Source: Octopus bimaculoides (taxonomy: Eukaryota). Taken from it: a stretch of DNA of 63,771 nucleotides. The notes below the pieces were generated by a model. That model was not told the origin of the DNA, searched no databases, and worked only from the letters and a program-made list of their open reading frames with translations. Every line of letters starts with the position of its first letter. Within the stretch, counting starts at the first letter, position 1. This document shows, piece by piece, positions 51,565 through 63,771 of the stretch. The stretch spans positions 31,501,963 through 31,565,733 of the forward strand of contig NC_068988.1 in the NCBI RefSeq assembly GCF_001194135.2. Direction: 5' to 3'. The position numbers and the translations under genes were made by a program.

Positions 51565-52449
51565 CAAAAACACACAAACATACACAAACACATCAGACGA
51601 GTCACTTAATTATTAGCTTTGAGTTGAGATATAATCAGAGTAAGTTCAGTAGAATAGAAAGTGTTTAAGCACTTATATTATAGAAGTAAAACAGCAGTGT
51701 CTCGGCGAGGAGAGAGGGTATGGAGTCTAAGGTCTAGTGCACAAATATTAGGGCTAATGTTGCTGCAAGTATAAGTGATGTAGTTAGATATTGGATCGAT
51801 ATATAAAATATCGATTCAGCATTAGTCATTAGTTTCGACTGTTCTCATTCTATATTTCTCTATATGTCTCTCTCACGCAAACTGTGCTGTGTGGGGGCCG
51901 CCTGGGCTTATCCATAATTTCCTTAACAGTGTTAGAAACTCACTAGGTACCAGACTATGTTTGACAACAGTATTCCATACAAAGGAGAATATGAGAATTA
52001 AAAGGCATGAATAATACAATCCGTAGTAAGAAAATGATATCTTTAATAAAGAGAACCAAGCTCAATGATGATTCTAATGATGCCAGTAAACAAATATATA
52101 CATTCCGACGCTCGTATAAACTTCAATCAACACGATGGTGATTAGAAGACTCGAACGGAAGAGCTATAGCTACAAACAGTTTCGGTTTCACCGTCATAAT
52201 TCTTGATCTGGTAGTTTACTGTACANNNNNNNNNNNNNNNNNNNNNNNNNNNNNNNNNNNNNNNNNNNNNNNNNNNNNNNNNNNNNNNNNNNNNNNNNNN
52301 NNNNNNNNNNNNNNNNNNNNNNNNNGTACAAGGAATCAAAAAGTCATGTTGACTCTGTGGAAGACATTTGTTCTGGAAGAACACTAGGCTAATCAGTCGA
52401 GTGGCCTATTTTTGCTCGCAATAAAGGTTATCTCTGTGGTGCAGCTGTA

Positions 52450-53750
52450 ACTTCATTCCAAACGTGAAAGCAATACTCCCTTACGACCTTTGAAGAGCGT
52501 CAATAATTATTATTGGGTTAAGTCTCTTGTGAACCTTAAGTGGATGGGAACTCATTGTTATGTAGTCCTTGTTATGTTCAGCATGTGCTTTTACCAGAAA
52601 ATCTCCTTAGTGGGAGTCATGAGGGATCTACCTGAAGGTTGTTCATGAGTAAGTGCAGGAGTGGTATAACGATGTTTTTTTTTCTGATATGAGTAGCATT
52701 TGTGTTCCTTTTTTGTTGAAATACGCAATAGTGGTTGCTTTCAAGATCTCTGCTCATAGGTTCGTTATGGATTTGAAGCGTAGTGCATCGGTTGCACTAA
52801 GATAATGTATGTCTGGGGTAAGGTAAGGACAAACAAATGATCGTGTTAGTGCATAATAGTGGGCGTTGCTGGATGTGACGGCAAATAATATACCGATGAA
52901 TAGGAAGAAAATAGGTTGGAGGTCAAAATAGATCCATGAAGTAAACCAAATTTGAAAGACTGGGGAAGAGAAAGAGATCAGTGAATGTATGCCGTAATAC
53001 AACCTATAGGAAAGTAGCTAAAGTGATGAGAGATGGCTGAAATTCATTGTCAGTGAATTTTGACTGCAGCGTTTTATATCAGACTTGGTCGAAATCTTTG
53101 GTAGTGTCGTGAGCAAAAGTTGTTAAATATCGCTAAGGCAAGGGTCCATTGTTGGTGAGGGAGAACAGCTGGATACCATTGGATCTGGTTTTACAGAAAC
53201 CATATGTGGTCATTAAGGAAAGAAATGGAAGAGTGTGAGTGATAGAAAATGTTTGAAAGAAAAAGATAGAAAGAAATAGAAAGATAGAGAGAAAGAGATA
53301 GAGAGAAAGATAGAGAGAAAGATAGAGAGAAAAAGAGAGAGATAGCATTTCAGTAAGTTGTAAGATATCTTTGTTAATGGTAGTCGACATTAACACAAAG
53401 ATATTAACACTGAGTGCAACAACGTGATAATTGGATGGGCCAGGGGCGGTTATTGTTTTCCGGGACGGGACAGCTTATTTCTGGTGATCACTGCTTATTT
53501 CTACAGAGAGCGAGTGAATGTAGCGTTGATGAGTATATAAACTACTTCCAAGTCGCATTTCTGAGGGTAAGGTCAAAACTAATAGTCTTGTTTGGACTTG
53601 CTTTGCAATGAAGAGTTGGCTGCTTAGCCAGAAGCGAAGATGGATGCTTTTTTTCTATGGGGACACAGCTCATAAAACCATTGTGGAGGCAGTAGAGTAG
53701 AGTTTTATAAAATACTAACTCTGTTGAGCTGTAGAGGCGATCAAGGCTGA
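52450..53750 (-). mobile_element. Decayed CR1/L2/Jockey-like LINE RT
   Basis: Minus-strand remnants PVP...PSNY, a KAFD-like segment near 53095, GLLHGSIL (GVPQGS-like) and FFLFIGIL...HYYA (YADD position). Numerous frameshifts. Confidence 0.55.
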
Positions 53751-55760
53751 AGTCAGAAAACTTGAATTTCCTACATCAATACTTTTCGTCTGCAGTATAA
53801 TATCTTCAAAACAAGATTTGAAAGTTACTACAACTTCAATATATAACAGGATATTCTAAACACTTTAAAAGAAATACAATTCTCCCCTAAAAAAAATAAA
53901 TCTACGAACAAATAATTTTATATATGATTCAAGCGAAAAATGTATACACAGAGGAAACAAAATTATAAATGAAAATATATATTTACAAACAACTGAGATA
54001 ACATTCTGCCAGAAGACACAAACGGATCAAACATTTTCAAAACTAGACAACTGTTATTTATACAAAATGTGATGTCTACATAAAATAGGAGAAAATACTA
54101 AGTGCAAGTTTTCAAAAGAATATATTGAAAGAAACCATATAGTCAAAAAGTATATTTAATGAAAAATGTGGGAGAATATTGACTTCAAGAAACTAAACTT
54201 TACATTTTTAGACAAATCACGAACAAGAACATAAGATCACCATTCATGTAGAAAATTCAACAGATTGACAAAGTCCAAAGCTTTTGCATCCGTTGGTAGC
54301 TAGTTCAAGTATTCTTTATACCTATATATATTTCATCCAGGCATCCAACTTCTATTTATGTCATTAAGACTATTGCAGGTAACATGTTTTGAGAACCGTT
54401 ACAATGTCAGACAAATAATCATTTGGTATGTAGTTATCACCTCGTGTGTTCCGTTTTCACATCTCGTTGGAGAATAAATTTATTTTCTATCAACCTGAAA
54501 TAAGTACTAGTCAAAAACTGAGATATATGAAATCAACTCCCCTTCCCCGTGTGATATCTTATTTATGTAATATTTCAATAAGGAAAAGGAACGACTCCTC
54601 CGATAAATCATCATCATAGCGTATTACGATTAAACATTTGATGCGATATTAATGCTTGATAAATTCATACTATATTTTCCCTTAACAGTGATTGACAGAA
54701 AAGTAGGAAGAAGAAAGATCACTAACGTGTATATATGCTTAGAAATAAACCAATTACTTCGGTGTTGAGTCGAAAAATAACGGATAACAACTTCTAATAT
54801 ATAGGAAGCTGTCGTAAATAAACCGAAGGAAAACTGACTGAAGAGTGTTCGTTAGTGATTGGAATGGATTTAATCATTTTGAACCTTGCAACAATGTGAC
54901 ATCATTAATGGACACTCAGAAGTTATATTCTCTAGTAAATGTTAACAAAACATAATACAAAAATGTATGGAATGTCGGTTAAGTCGAAATACATACTTTC
55001 TGCTCTCAGATTCTTATACGTAGGAATTTATATATTTTGCACGAAGTATATTTTACTATTTTTTTGTTTTCAATAAGAAGTGTGTTAGGTTGTTACGGAA
55101 TTTTCTTTCACTGAAATTAGAAAACTAACTGATTGTAATGTAAAATCAATAGACAGTTATTCCTCTTTATTTTCCTTGATATAGATAGCAACTTAACAGC
55201 TTCGTTAGGGTATATTTTAGAATAATTTTGATTGTTCAAAAATTAGTCTTCCTGAAGTTGTTACAAGATATATTTAATGATGCAACAAAAGGAATGTTAT
55301 ACTTATACAATCTATAACACCTGCAGAAACTTCTAGTTAAGTTACATATGTTTTTGTTTCGACCTACATTGTCTATAAGGGAGATGGACATTTTTTCCAG
55401 TACAATCCATTTTCCATTCTGTTATATATTTTCCAATCCCAGAAATCGACATCAGGTGTATGACGCTTTCATTTCATGGAAATTTTATTTGAATTAGTCG
55501 AGCCATATTTCGAAAGATCAAGATGAATTGTATACTGCTAGTGACTTTGATACACCCATCAACTCAGTTCTTCCTACAAACGCCATTCTTTGCAATTCTT
55601 GCAATAATATTCATGTCTCAGGCGAGATATTTCGGAATAGTTGCATATTATTGATTATATTCTCCGCACAAACTTCCCACAGCTGACAATGTCTAATGCG
55701 TTTAATACCTTTCCCATATTAACGTAAATATACAGCATACCAGGAACCGCGATATATATA

Positions 55761-56300
55761 CAGGGTGGCCCAAAATTAGGTTTACAGTTGTTCAAATATC
55801 TCCTTTGCATTCATATATTAACAGTTTAGGTCTTAATTGTAAAAACAAATATGAAACTATTATTCTATGCTAATTTACTTAATTTTGTCAAGCTCCCTTT
55901 TCAGTTTGTAATCGTTTCTTTTTCTTTTTTTCTTTTTTTTACATGTACTGTAAAGTGTGAGTCATAGCAAACAACTTAAATCAAGTGCAAAGAAAGTGGA
56001 TGCTGAAGCAGTATTGGAAGTCCGACAATGTCGAGTAGGTGCGCACAGCATGGCAAGAAGCCTTTCACACTCCTCCATCTTCACGCCAGACAATTCATCG
56101 GATAAGAAATTAATTTGACACCACAGGTTCAGTGAGTAATGCACCAAAATCTGGACGCCCTAAGAATTCTGTGACTGAAAAAAAAAAATGAGATGTCAGT
56201 GGCTATGACATTGGTGAACAGTCTAAAGAAATCTGTTTTAAGATGTGTATAAACAATATGATTGAAAGATAGAAATTTAAAAGTAATAAAATGTTTTAAA
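55761..56300 (+). mobile_element. rosa-type Tc1/mariner element 5' end (TIR plus N-terminal transposase remnant)
   Basis: TA|CAGGGTGGCCCAAAATTAGG terminus. Translation QVQRKWMLKQYWKSDNVE*VRTAWQEAFHTPPSSRQTIHRIR...TTGSVSNAPKSGRPK is a rosa-like HTH. Confidence 0.8.
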
Positions 56301-58138
56301 AGAAATTTAAAGTGCCTACGTGATAACTGTAAGGCCATCCTGTGTATGTATGTATNNNNNNNNNNNNNNNNNNNNNNNNNNNNNNNNNNNNNNNNNNNNN
56401 NNNNNNNNNNNNNNNNNNNNNNNNNNNNNNNNNNNNNNNNNNNNNNNNNNNNNNNNNNNNNNNNNNNNNNNNNNNNNNNNNNNNNNNNNNNNNNNNNNNN
56501 NNNNNNNNNNNNNNNNNNNNNNNNNNNNNNNNNNNNNNNNNNNNNNNNNNNNNNNNNNNNNNNNNNNNNNNNNNNNNNNNNNNNNNNNNNNNNNNNNNNN
56601 NNNNNNNNNNNNNNNNNNNNNNNNNNNNNNNNNNNNNNNNNNNNNNNNNNNNNNNNNNNNNNNNNNNNNNNNNNNNNNNNNNNNNNNNNNNNNNNNNNNN
56701 NNNNNNNNNNNNNNNNNNNNNNNNNNNNNNNNNNNNNNNNNNNNNNNNNNNNNNNNNNNNNNNNNNNNNNNNNNNNNNNNNNNNNNNNNNNNNNNNNNNN
56801 NNNNNNNNNNNNNNNNNNNNNNNNNNNNNNNNNNNNNNNNNNNNNNNNNNNNNNNNNNNNNNNNNNNNNNNNNNNNNNNNNNNNNNNNNNNNNNNNNNNN
56901 NNNNNNNNNNNNNNNTTTGATATGAGTTCTTGGTTTTGATTGTTTAAGCAACAACAGTAGCCGAGGAAGGTGGCGAAGAAGAAGAAAAAGAAAAGAAATA
57001 ATAATGAAAATACAGGAGTGGTATGACAGTGGTACGATGTTAGTGGAATATTCTTAAATGGTCAAGTGACCTAAAAGTGACCTGTTGTGGTTATTATAGT
57101 AGTGATTAGAATTGTTCTGAATAAATTCATGGGTAGTGACCGTTCTGAACATATCGTTTTTAATATTTGCATGGGTATTACTCTAAGGCCCTTGTAGTAG
57201 TGTCATTTGTAGTGGATGCATTCAAAAGGGGTTTATATTTGTGATAAAATATGATTCTTTGTTAATGCGCAGTCTACAGGTTGCATCGTCCTTGTATTTA
57301 TAGAAAGGAAAATTCTGAAGCTGGGTTGTTTGTTAATGGCGCAAATGTCGATGTGTTCGCTGAATGCTATTATTTTGTACTCCTGCATTTTGATCTGGGA
57401 TTTGTGTAGAGCCATCCTTTGACGAATACTGTTTTGGGTTTGACCGATGTATTGCACTTCACACCCAGAGATAGTTAATACATATATTCGGTTCTTCGAA
57501 GCACATGTGAAGTTTGACTCTGTTTGAAAGAGAACTCCGATCCTTCAGTTAGGTTGACGCATATACAACAGTTAGATCTTCCACATTTTTTTACTGACGG
57601 CTTCAGTGTTGTCGGGTGTACTTTAGCTTGTGTTAGAAGACTTTTAATAGATTTGGGTTGTCTTTTGCTTTTCATTATGGTGTGCGTTTGGAGGATTAAT
57701 TTCATTCTGTGGTCCTTTTTAGTGGTGGAATGCTATGGAGGATGGTGTCGAAGGCTTCATTGTTAAGAGGGTTGTGTGTGGAGATATGTCGTAGGACTTT
57801 TGTTTGTAAATCCTTCTTTAATTTGGGATGTCTGAGTTCGTGGATGTTGAGTTGTGGGGCACGTTGAAAACCTATATCAGTTAGTGACGGTGGGTAGTTC
57901 CTGGTAATGAGTGTATTCTTTAGTTCATGTAGTCGTGTGTCCCTCATGTCCGTATTAGAAACTATAGTACTAATCCCTTTTGCTAGGTTGAAAGTGATAT
58001 TCATTCTAGTGTGTCTAGGGTGGCATGAGTTGAACGCTAGATATTGCTTGGAGTCCGTCGGCTTATAGTAATATCTATTTCTATTTTATTTACATTATTT
58101 ACATTTGACGGATATTTGTCCTCATCTTGTTTGTTGTT

Positions 58139-58184
58139 AACACAACGTTTCGGCTGATATACACTCCAGCCTTCGTCAGGTGTC
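58139..58184 (-). ncRNA. Minimal hammerhead ribozyme motif
   Basis: GACAC CTGACGA A GGCTGG AGTGTATA TCAGCC GAAA CG TT GTGTT, with stems I and II fully paired. Confidence 0.8.
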
Positions 58185-58229
58185 TTGTGGAAGTTTCGAA
58201 CCTGGGTTCNNNNNNNNNNGTTTGTTGTT

Positions 58230-58275
58230 AACACAACGTTTCGGCTGATATACACTCCAGCCTTCGTCAGGTGTC
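58230..58275 (-). ncRNA. Second identical hammerhead motif across a 10-N gap (real tandem or assembly overlap)
   Basis: Identical to 58139-58184. Confidence 0.45.
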
Positions 58276-59000
58276 TTGTGGAAGTTTCGAACCTGGGTTC
58301 TCATTCCTAACGATGTTACTATTATTATATTATTATTATTATTACTATTATCAGTCAGGTCGCTGCCGTGAATCGAACTCGGAATCTTGGGGTTAGTAGC
58401 CCGCGCTCTTAACCACTACGCCATATGCCCGAAACGTTGTGTTAACAACAAACAAGATGAGGACAAATATCCGTCAAATGTAAATAATGTAAATAATGTA
58501 AATAACTCCTCATCTCTTAAATATAGAACTGTATTTCTATTTTGTTGTTGGATTTCTTAATGAGAATGTCGAGGAATGGAAGTTGTTGATAGCTATATTC
58601 CATCGTAAATTGAATGTTTACGTCAGGTCCATTTACAAGTGCTTGAAATTCTCTATATTTTCCTGCCAAAGGATGAAACAGTCACCCAGATATCTCTTCC
58701 AGTTATTTTCTATGTAGAAGAAGAATGCTTTGCCGTATTTTTCTAGTACCTTGCGATAAAGACTGAATTCTAGATATCCCATGACTAGGTTAGCAAAGGA
58801 GGAAACCATTCTAGTATCCATCTCAGTCCCCGTTTTTTGTCGATAGAAGAATTATAATTAAGGGCAAAAAAAGAATTTTGTTTTAGCCTATATGCAGAAA
58901 ATAGAGGCCAAATCGTCTCTCCACTTAAAAAATCACAAATTTCCACATGCGCTGAAATCGAAGCAACAAGCTAACGGAAATTAATAACAATATAGATAGC

Positions 59001-59083
<83 letters not shown>

Positions 59084-59099
59084 NNNNNNNNNNTGTACA

Positions 59100-59268
59100 T
59101 ATATACGACGGGTTTTCTTCAGTTTCCGCATACCTAGTCCGCTCCCAACGCCCGAGGCTATAGTAGAAGACACTTGCCTAAGGTGCTACGCAGTGGGACT
59201 GAACCTTTTTTTTACAACTACAATGTGATTGTAGTGGGAACACAAGCGTCTTACCACACAGCCACGCC
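59100..59268 (-). mobile_element. SINE family C, 5' half
   Basis: Minus strand GGCGTGGCTGTGTGGTAAG...GGTTCAGTCCCACTGCGTAGCACCTTAGGCAAGTGTCTTCTACTATAGCCTCGGG. Confidence 0.85.
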
Positions 59269-59982
59269 CCTCCTTCTTGCCTATCTCTCCGCTACTCTCT
59301 CTTTATACACATATGTATAATATATTAATACGATAAAAGTAATAATAATAATAATAATAATTATATATATTTATATATATATACATACACACACACACAC
59401 ACATCTACGTGGGTGAGTGTGTACACGTACGTGAGTACGCGTGTGCGTGATTGTGTGTGGTATGCGCGCCCGCTTGTCTAACCGGTTGAAACAGAAATAA
59501 ACGAATTTATGTTTAGACTTAAGTTATAACACATTTTTTTATGCTGCTACAGTTCATATTATATATTTAAGCAAGCCAAGATAAACAGGAAAACATTAAA
59601 CCAGTTATATATTTCTATATATCACTTATAGAAGGGTGACACGTCAAATAAAATATCTTTCAAACAGCTGCTCCTTAATTTATTCGAAAATAACAACTTA
59701 CCTACCTCAGCTAATTCTATTGTTTGTTTATTTGTTGCTTTCTTTCTTGCTTTCTTACATTTTTCAGTAACTCTTCGTGTGTGTGCATACACACATAAAT
59801 GTATACACAGATATGAAGTACACACACACACACACACACACACGCACATGTATGTATACATTTATCTTTATGAATCTCTATACATGTTCACGTGTATGCA
59901 GGTGTATATATACATACCAACAATATGTGTGTATATACATATAACATATATGTATATATATATACTCACACACATACATACA

Positions 59983-60020
<38 letters not shown>

Positions 60021-60576
60021 GCATACATACATATTCCATACACATACATATGTATTATATGTAGGTAGTTAACTCGCTAACGCTCTATTAATCTATATCT
60101 TTATGTATCTCGTCATAATTTCCTATCAGTGACAATTCGTTTCCAATTCTCTTTTGTATCATTATTTTTTTCTTTCTTTACGCTTATTCAATATATGCAA
60201 AAACACGCACGCACATACACGCAGTGTTTTATAAGTGTCACTTTATCTATTCTTGATTTTCTGCATTCGCTTTTTGCTGAATATAGTGCAGAATGCAGTG
60301 CATTGACAAAATCTGCGGAGTTGTATGGCATGTCTTATATTATTTGCTCAGGTTTTCTGTGCAAATATTTAGTTAAGCATTCCTCTCCTTGGTTTTCTTC
60401 TACGTGTGCCCCTACGACTGCTCGTAGGAAATACTTTTGTCACATTTTCCATTGAAACAGACTTTTAAAGTAATTTCTCGTTGGCAAAAAGGCGTTTGAA
60501 GAAGGTTCTTGTGGATGCTAAATCTCAGTATGGCGGGCAGACCGATGTCTTTTGTATTATCCATAATTGTGTATCG

Positions 60577-60962
60577 TGGAGGCGCAATGGCCCAATAGTT
60601 AAGGCAGCAGACTCCCGGTCATAGGATCGCGATTTCGATTCCCAGACCGGGTGTTGTGAGTGTTTATTAAGCGAAAACATCTAAAGTTCCACGAGGCTCC
60701 GGCAGGGGATGGTGGCGAACCCTGCTGTACTCTTTCACCACAACTTTCTCTCACTCTTACTTCCTGTTTCTGTTGTGCCTGTAATTCAAAGGGTCAGCCT
60801 TGTCACACTGTGTCACGCTGAATATCCCCGAGAACTACGTTAAGGGTTCACTTGTCTGTGGAATGCTCAGCCACTTGCACGGTAATTTCACGAGCAGGCT
60901 GTTCTGTTGATCGGATCAACTGGAACCCTCGACGTCGTAAGCGACGGAGTGCCAACAACAAC
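60577..60962 (+). mobile_element. SINE family B, full-length, (AAC)n tail
   Basis: Same sequence as the 33949 copy; TSD AATTGTGTATCG at 60565-60576 and 60963-60974. Confidence 0.93.
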
Positions 60963-61552
60963 AATTGTGTATCGGATATAGCTAAATCTATTAGTCCTTG
61001 TAGCTTAAATGGTTATGGGCCTGAAGATTTCCATGCATGTAGGGGCTTAAGATGTCTAACTACTTATTAAAGTATAGATCAAATTTTCGCAAGATCCTCA
61101 GAGTTACAGTACATAGTTTGCATTTTCAATTGTATTTATATTTGGTGTAGATTTTCTGGCGATGGAAAATACCGTGTCATTGTCTCTTAAATACTTTCTT
61201 GTTCTCTTTGTTATGCTTCAGAATGAGTAGGCATGTAACAGAAAAGTTTGCTGAAAGCGCCATACGGTTAATCTGATATAAACATGCAGGTGTACTTAGA
61301 TTTGGTCTCTACCTCTTAAATAATGCAAAAGTGTTAGTTCATGGATAGGTTGCGAACTAACAACACACAAACACACACCTTGTGTATGTCTGTTCTATTT
61401 TGTTTATATACCTCGGGCTGCTTCAAATTCATACTTAAATATAATGACATGGAGATAACATAATTCATTCACTAAGTATAGCGTTGTGTTTGTGTGAACA
61501 CAAGACATCAGCGCCAGGTTTCATCGTGTGGTATATAATTGCAACACTTCAT

Positions 61553-61583
<31 letters not shown>

Positions 61584-62099
61584 GCCTGTCTGTCTATCTA
61601 TCTGTCTCTCTGTCCGTCGTAATCCTTAAATGTTGGATTGTTATAACATCACTCTGGTATAGCAGGATAGTTGTTAGACTAGTAAAGACATGACAATCTA
61701 AGAATGTCTACTTCGTACTCTCTCTATACTGACCCACGTCACCTTATTTATTGCGACTGGCAAAACAAGTTAAAACAAGTTAAAAAGCGTGCATTCTGGA
61801 TATGCGTTTCTACCTATCTCTGTATTGGAAGAGAAAAAAAATGAGAATGAATAATGAGAATGAACAAAACTTTATTTTATAGTATCCCAACGCATTATTT
61901 AGAAACAAAATATTTTAGTGAATATTTAAAGATACAATGCAATTATGTAAACAATAGATAAGTTAAAAATACGCACATACCACAAATACACGCACACACA
62001 TATATAAGTATGTGTGTGTGCAAGTGTGTATATATATATATATACAGTATATTCAGTAATTCGACGTGCTCTTTAGCAATGACAGATTCTTAAATGATT

Positions 62100-62140
<41 letters not shown>

Positions 62141-62559
62141 AACAATATTGAACACACATACACAAGGCATGAACTTCACTGGTTCGTGAGTAGGCTACGC
62201 TTTAAAGAGTAAGAGAATATATTCTCATCAATGCGCCTGGTGGTAAAACACCTGGAACCATAGAGAAGCTGCTAGTGAAATATAAATTAGATGCAGCTTG
62301 TCTATGACTTCTCGGTGTTTTATCATCGGATGCATTGGTGAAAATATATTTTCATACACCTCAAAGTGCAGCCTGCACACGAACTATCAAATCACATACC
62401 TTATGTATATGTGTTTGATATTGTTTATATACCTCGAGCTGCTCCTAATTCATATTTGAAAATTTTCCTTGGTATAAAACGGTGGAACATACCAGCCGAT
62501 TGTTCTTCCACCATTTTTCACATAGTCATAGACAGAGATTTAGCTTACATTTAGCATAC

Positions 62560-63240
62560 ACACACACGCATATACACACGAAAACACATACACACACGCA
62601 CACGCACTTGAGCGTATACATACGTCCTATGCACACAACACACTCATACATACACGCACACAATTAACATATAAGAGCATATACACTTATGCACATACAC
62701 ACACACGCACGCACGCACACACACACACACGCACACGCACGCACGCACACGCACGCACGCACCCACACGCACGCACGCACGCACACGCACACATAAACAC
62801 ACACAGAGGAACGCACATATGCTCCACGCACGACTCCCCCAAACGTATACAAACGTACATACACATGCACACACAGATGCATGCACACACAGACGCATGC
62901 ACAATCAGACGCATGCACACACTACACACAAAACACATACACAACATATACATCGACGCACACACATACTTCAAACTGCCAGTCAAACACCTTTCTACTG
63001 ACCATTCCTCTACGCACGTGTGAAGAGACACACTACTACACAAAGGACCACCATTCCTGCTACCATGCTGCTGGATTCTTCCTACATTAAGAGACACAAT
63101 GTTTATTCACACATACACATATAAACAGCCAAAACCACACACACGCCATACACACAACGCATACACACATACGCACCAACACGTGCTATTACACATACAC
63201 AAACTTGTGCGCACGCGCATACCCACACATATACCTCCTT
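62560..63240. repeat. Degenerate CA/GCAC-rich low-complexity tract
   Basis: Directly visible. Confidence 0.85.
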
Positions 63241-63771
63241 CTCTTACACTCACCTGTCTTGGAAAGAACTTTTTTTCACCTGGTCATTTCAAAATGCAAC
63301 CACATGTGAATCGTTGCTGATTTTCTTCCTCTGTCTTCCTTTCTATTGCATTTTGCTCTTTTCCTGAAGCAAACTTTGTTTAATTATACATATATACATG
63401 TATATTTAAATAACCATATTCTCTAACCGGCTAAATTCACTGTAGAGAATTATTTTCTGCAGACTTATTTCCAGTATTTTGGCACGCCAAAACGAAGACT
63501 TTTGAAATATAACACCAAATGTAATTGGTAGAACTATATGCATGTTCAATCTAATGTGGACGTCTCGTGTATAGTTCTGCAAAATTATATTTTGCTATGA
63601 CGATCACACTGATGAATTGCAGACATTTACGTAAGTATTACGTAAATGGTAGAGAGAGAAATTCTCTTTAAATAAACTCTTATAGATTTTTCATAATAGT
63701 GGCATAAAATAAATGTAAACGAAACAGTACATTTTTTCCGATCATGCACCGTCCACTTTGTTTTATCAAAT

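Larger units (their letters stand above)
58088..58531 (-). mobile_element. Family E copy with inverted 5' pLTR piece, inserted in the Penelope RT
   Basis: Perfect 12-bp TSD TATTTCTATTTT (58076-58087 and 58532-58543). tRNA head 58352-58429, (AAT)n, pLTR 58088-58310, inverted pLTR half 58430-58531. Confidence 0.88.
57200..58860 (-). mobile_element. Penelope-like retroelement (RT + GIY-YIG, Neptune-like linker), decayed and interrupted
   Basis: RT: GTEMDTRMVSSFANLVMGYLE...WKRYLGDCFILW, QLPFLDILI, YYKPTDSKQYLAFNSCHPRHT. Linker CGRSNCCIC. Endonuclease YIGQTQNSIRQRMALH. Confidence 0.9.

Noticed and set aside
3929-56954. Long ORFs in the track made of X runs or dipeptide repeats (YI, HT, CV, LS)
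   Set aside because: They are read-throughs of N-gaps and microsatellites, not coding sequence.
1-63771. CRISPR arrays, rRNA, operon-like systems
   Set aside because: No repeat-spacer arrays, rRNA motifs or prokaryotic gene density; the window is eukaryotic repeat-rich DNA.

Overview
Animal (metazoan) intergenic or intronic DNA: AT-rich, full of microsatellites, and broken by about 25 N-gaps, most of them flanked by simple repeats. The SINE families resemble those I recall from octopus genomes (inference, not verified). I find no confidently intact host gene, rRNA, true tRNA gene or CRISPR array. Most ORFs in the supplied track are artefacts of microsatellites or N-gaps. The window is a record of nested mobile elements: four conventional tRNA-headed SINE families (labelled A-D here), a Tc1 transposase with DD36E spacing, two rosa-type (DD41D) fragments, a Tx1/L1-like LINE, R4/Dong-like LINE pieces, RTE-like and CR1/Jockey-like RT remnants, and two Penelope-like (GIY-YIG) elements. 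The most interesting signal is a fifth, composite non-autonomous element ('family E') present in two independent insertions (25707-26019 +, 58088-58531 -). It has a Pol III tRNA-derived head with A and B boxes, an (AAT)n spacer, and a Penelope-type pseudo-LTR tail carrying a minimal hammerhead ribozyme. Each copy is bounded as one unit by a 12-bp target-site duplication (TSD). It looks like a ribozyme-bearing SINE mobilised by Penelope machinery. I know of no description of this architecture but could not search the literature or databases.
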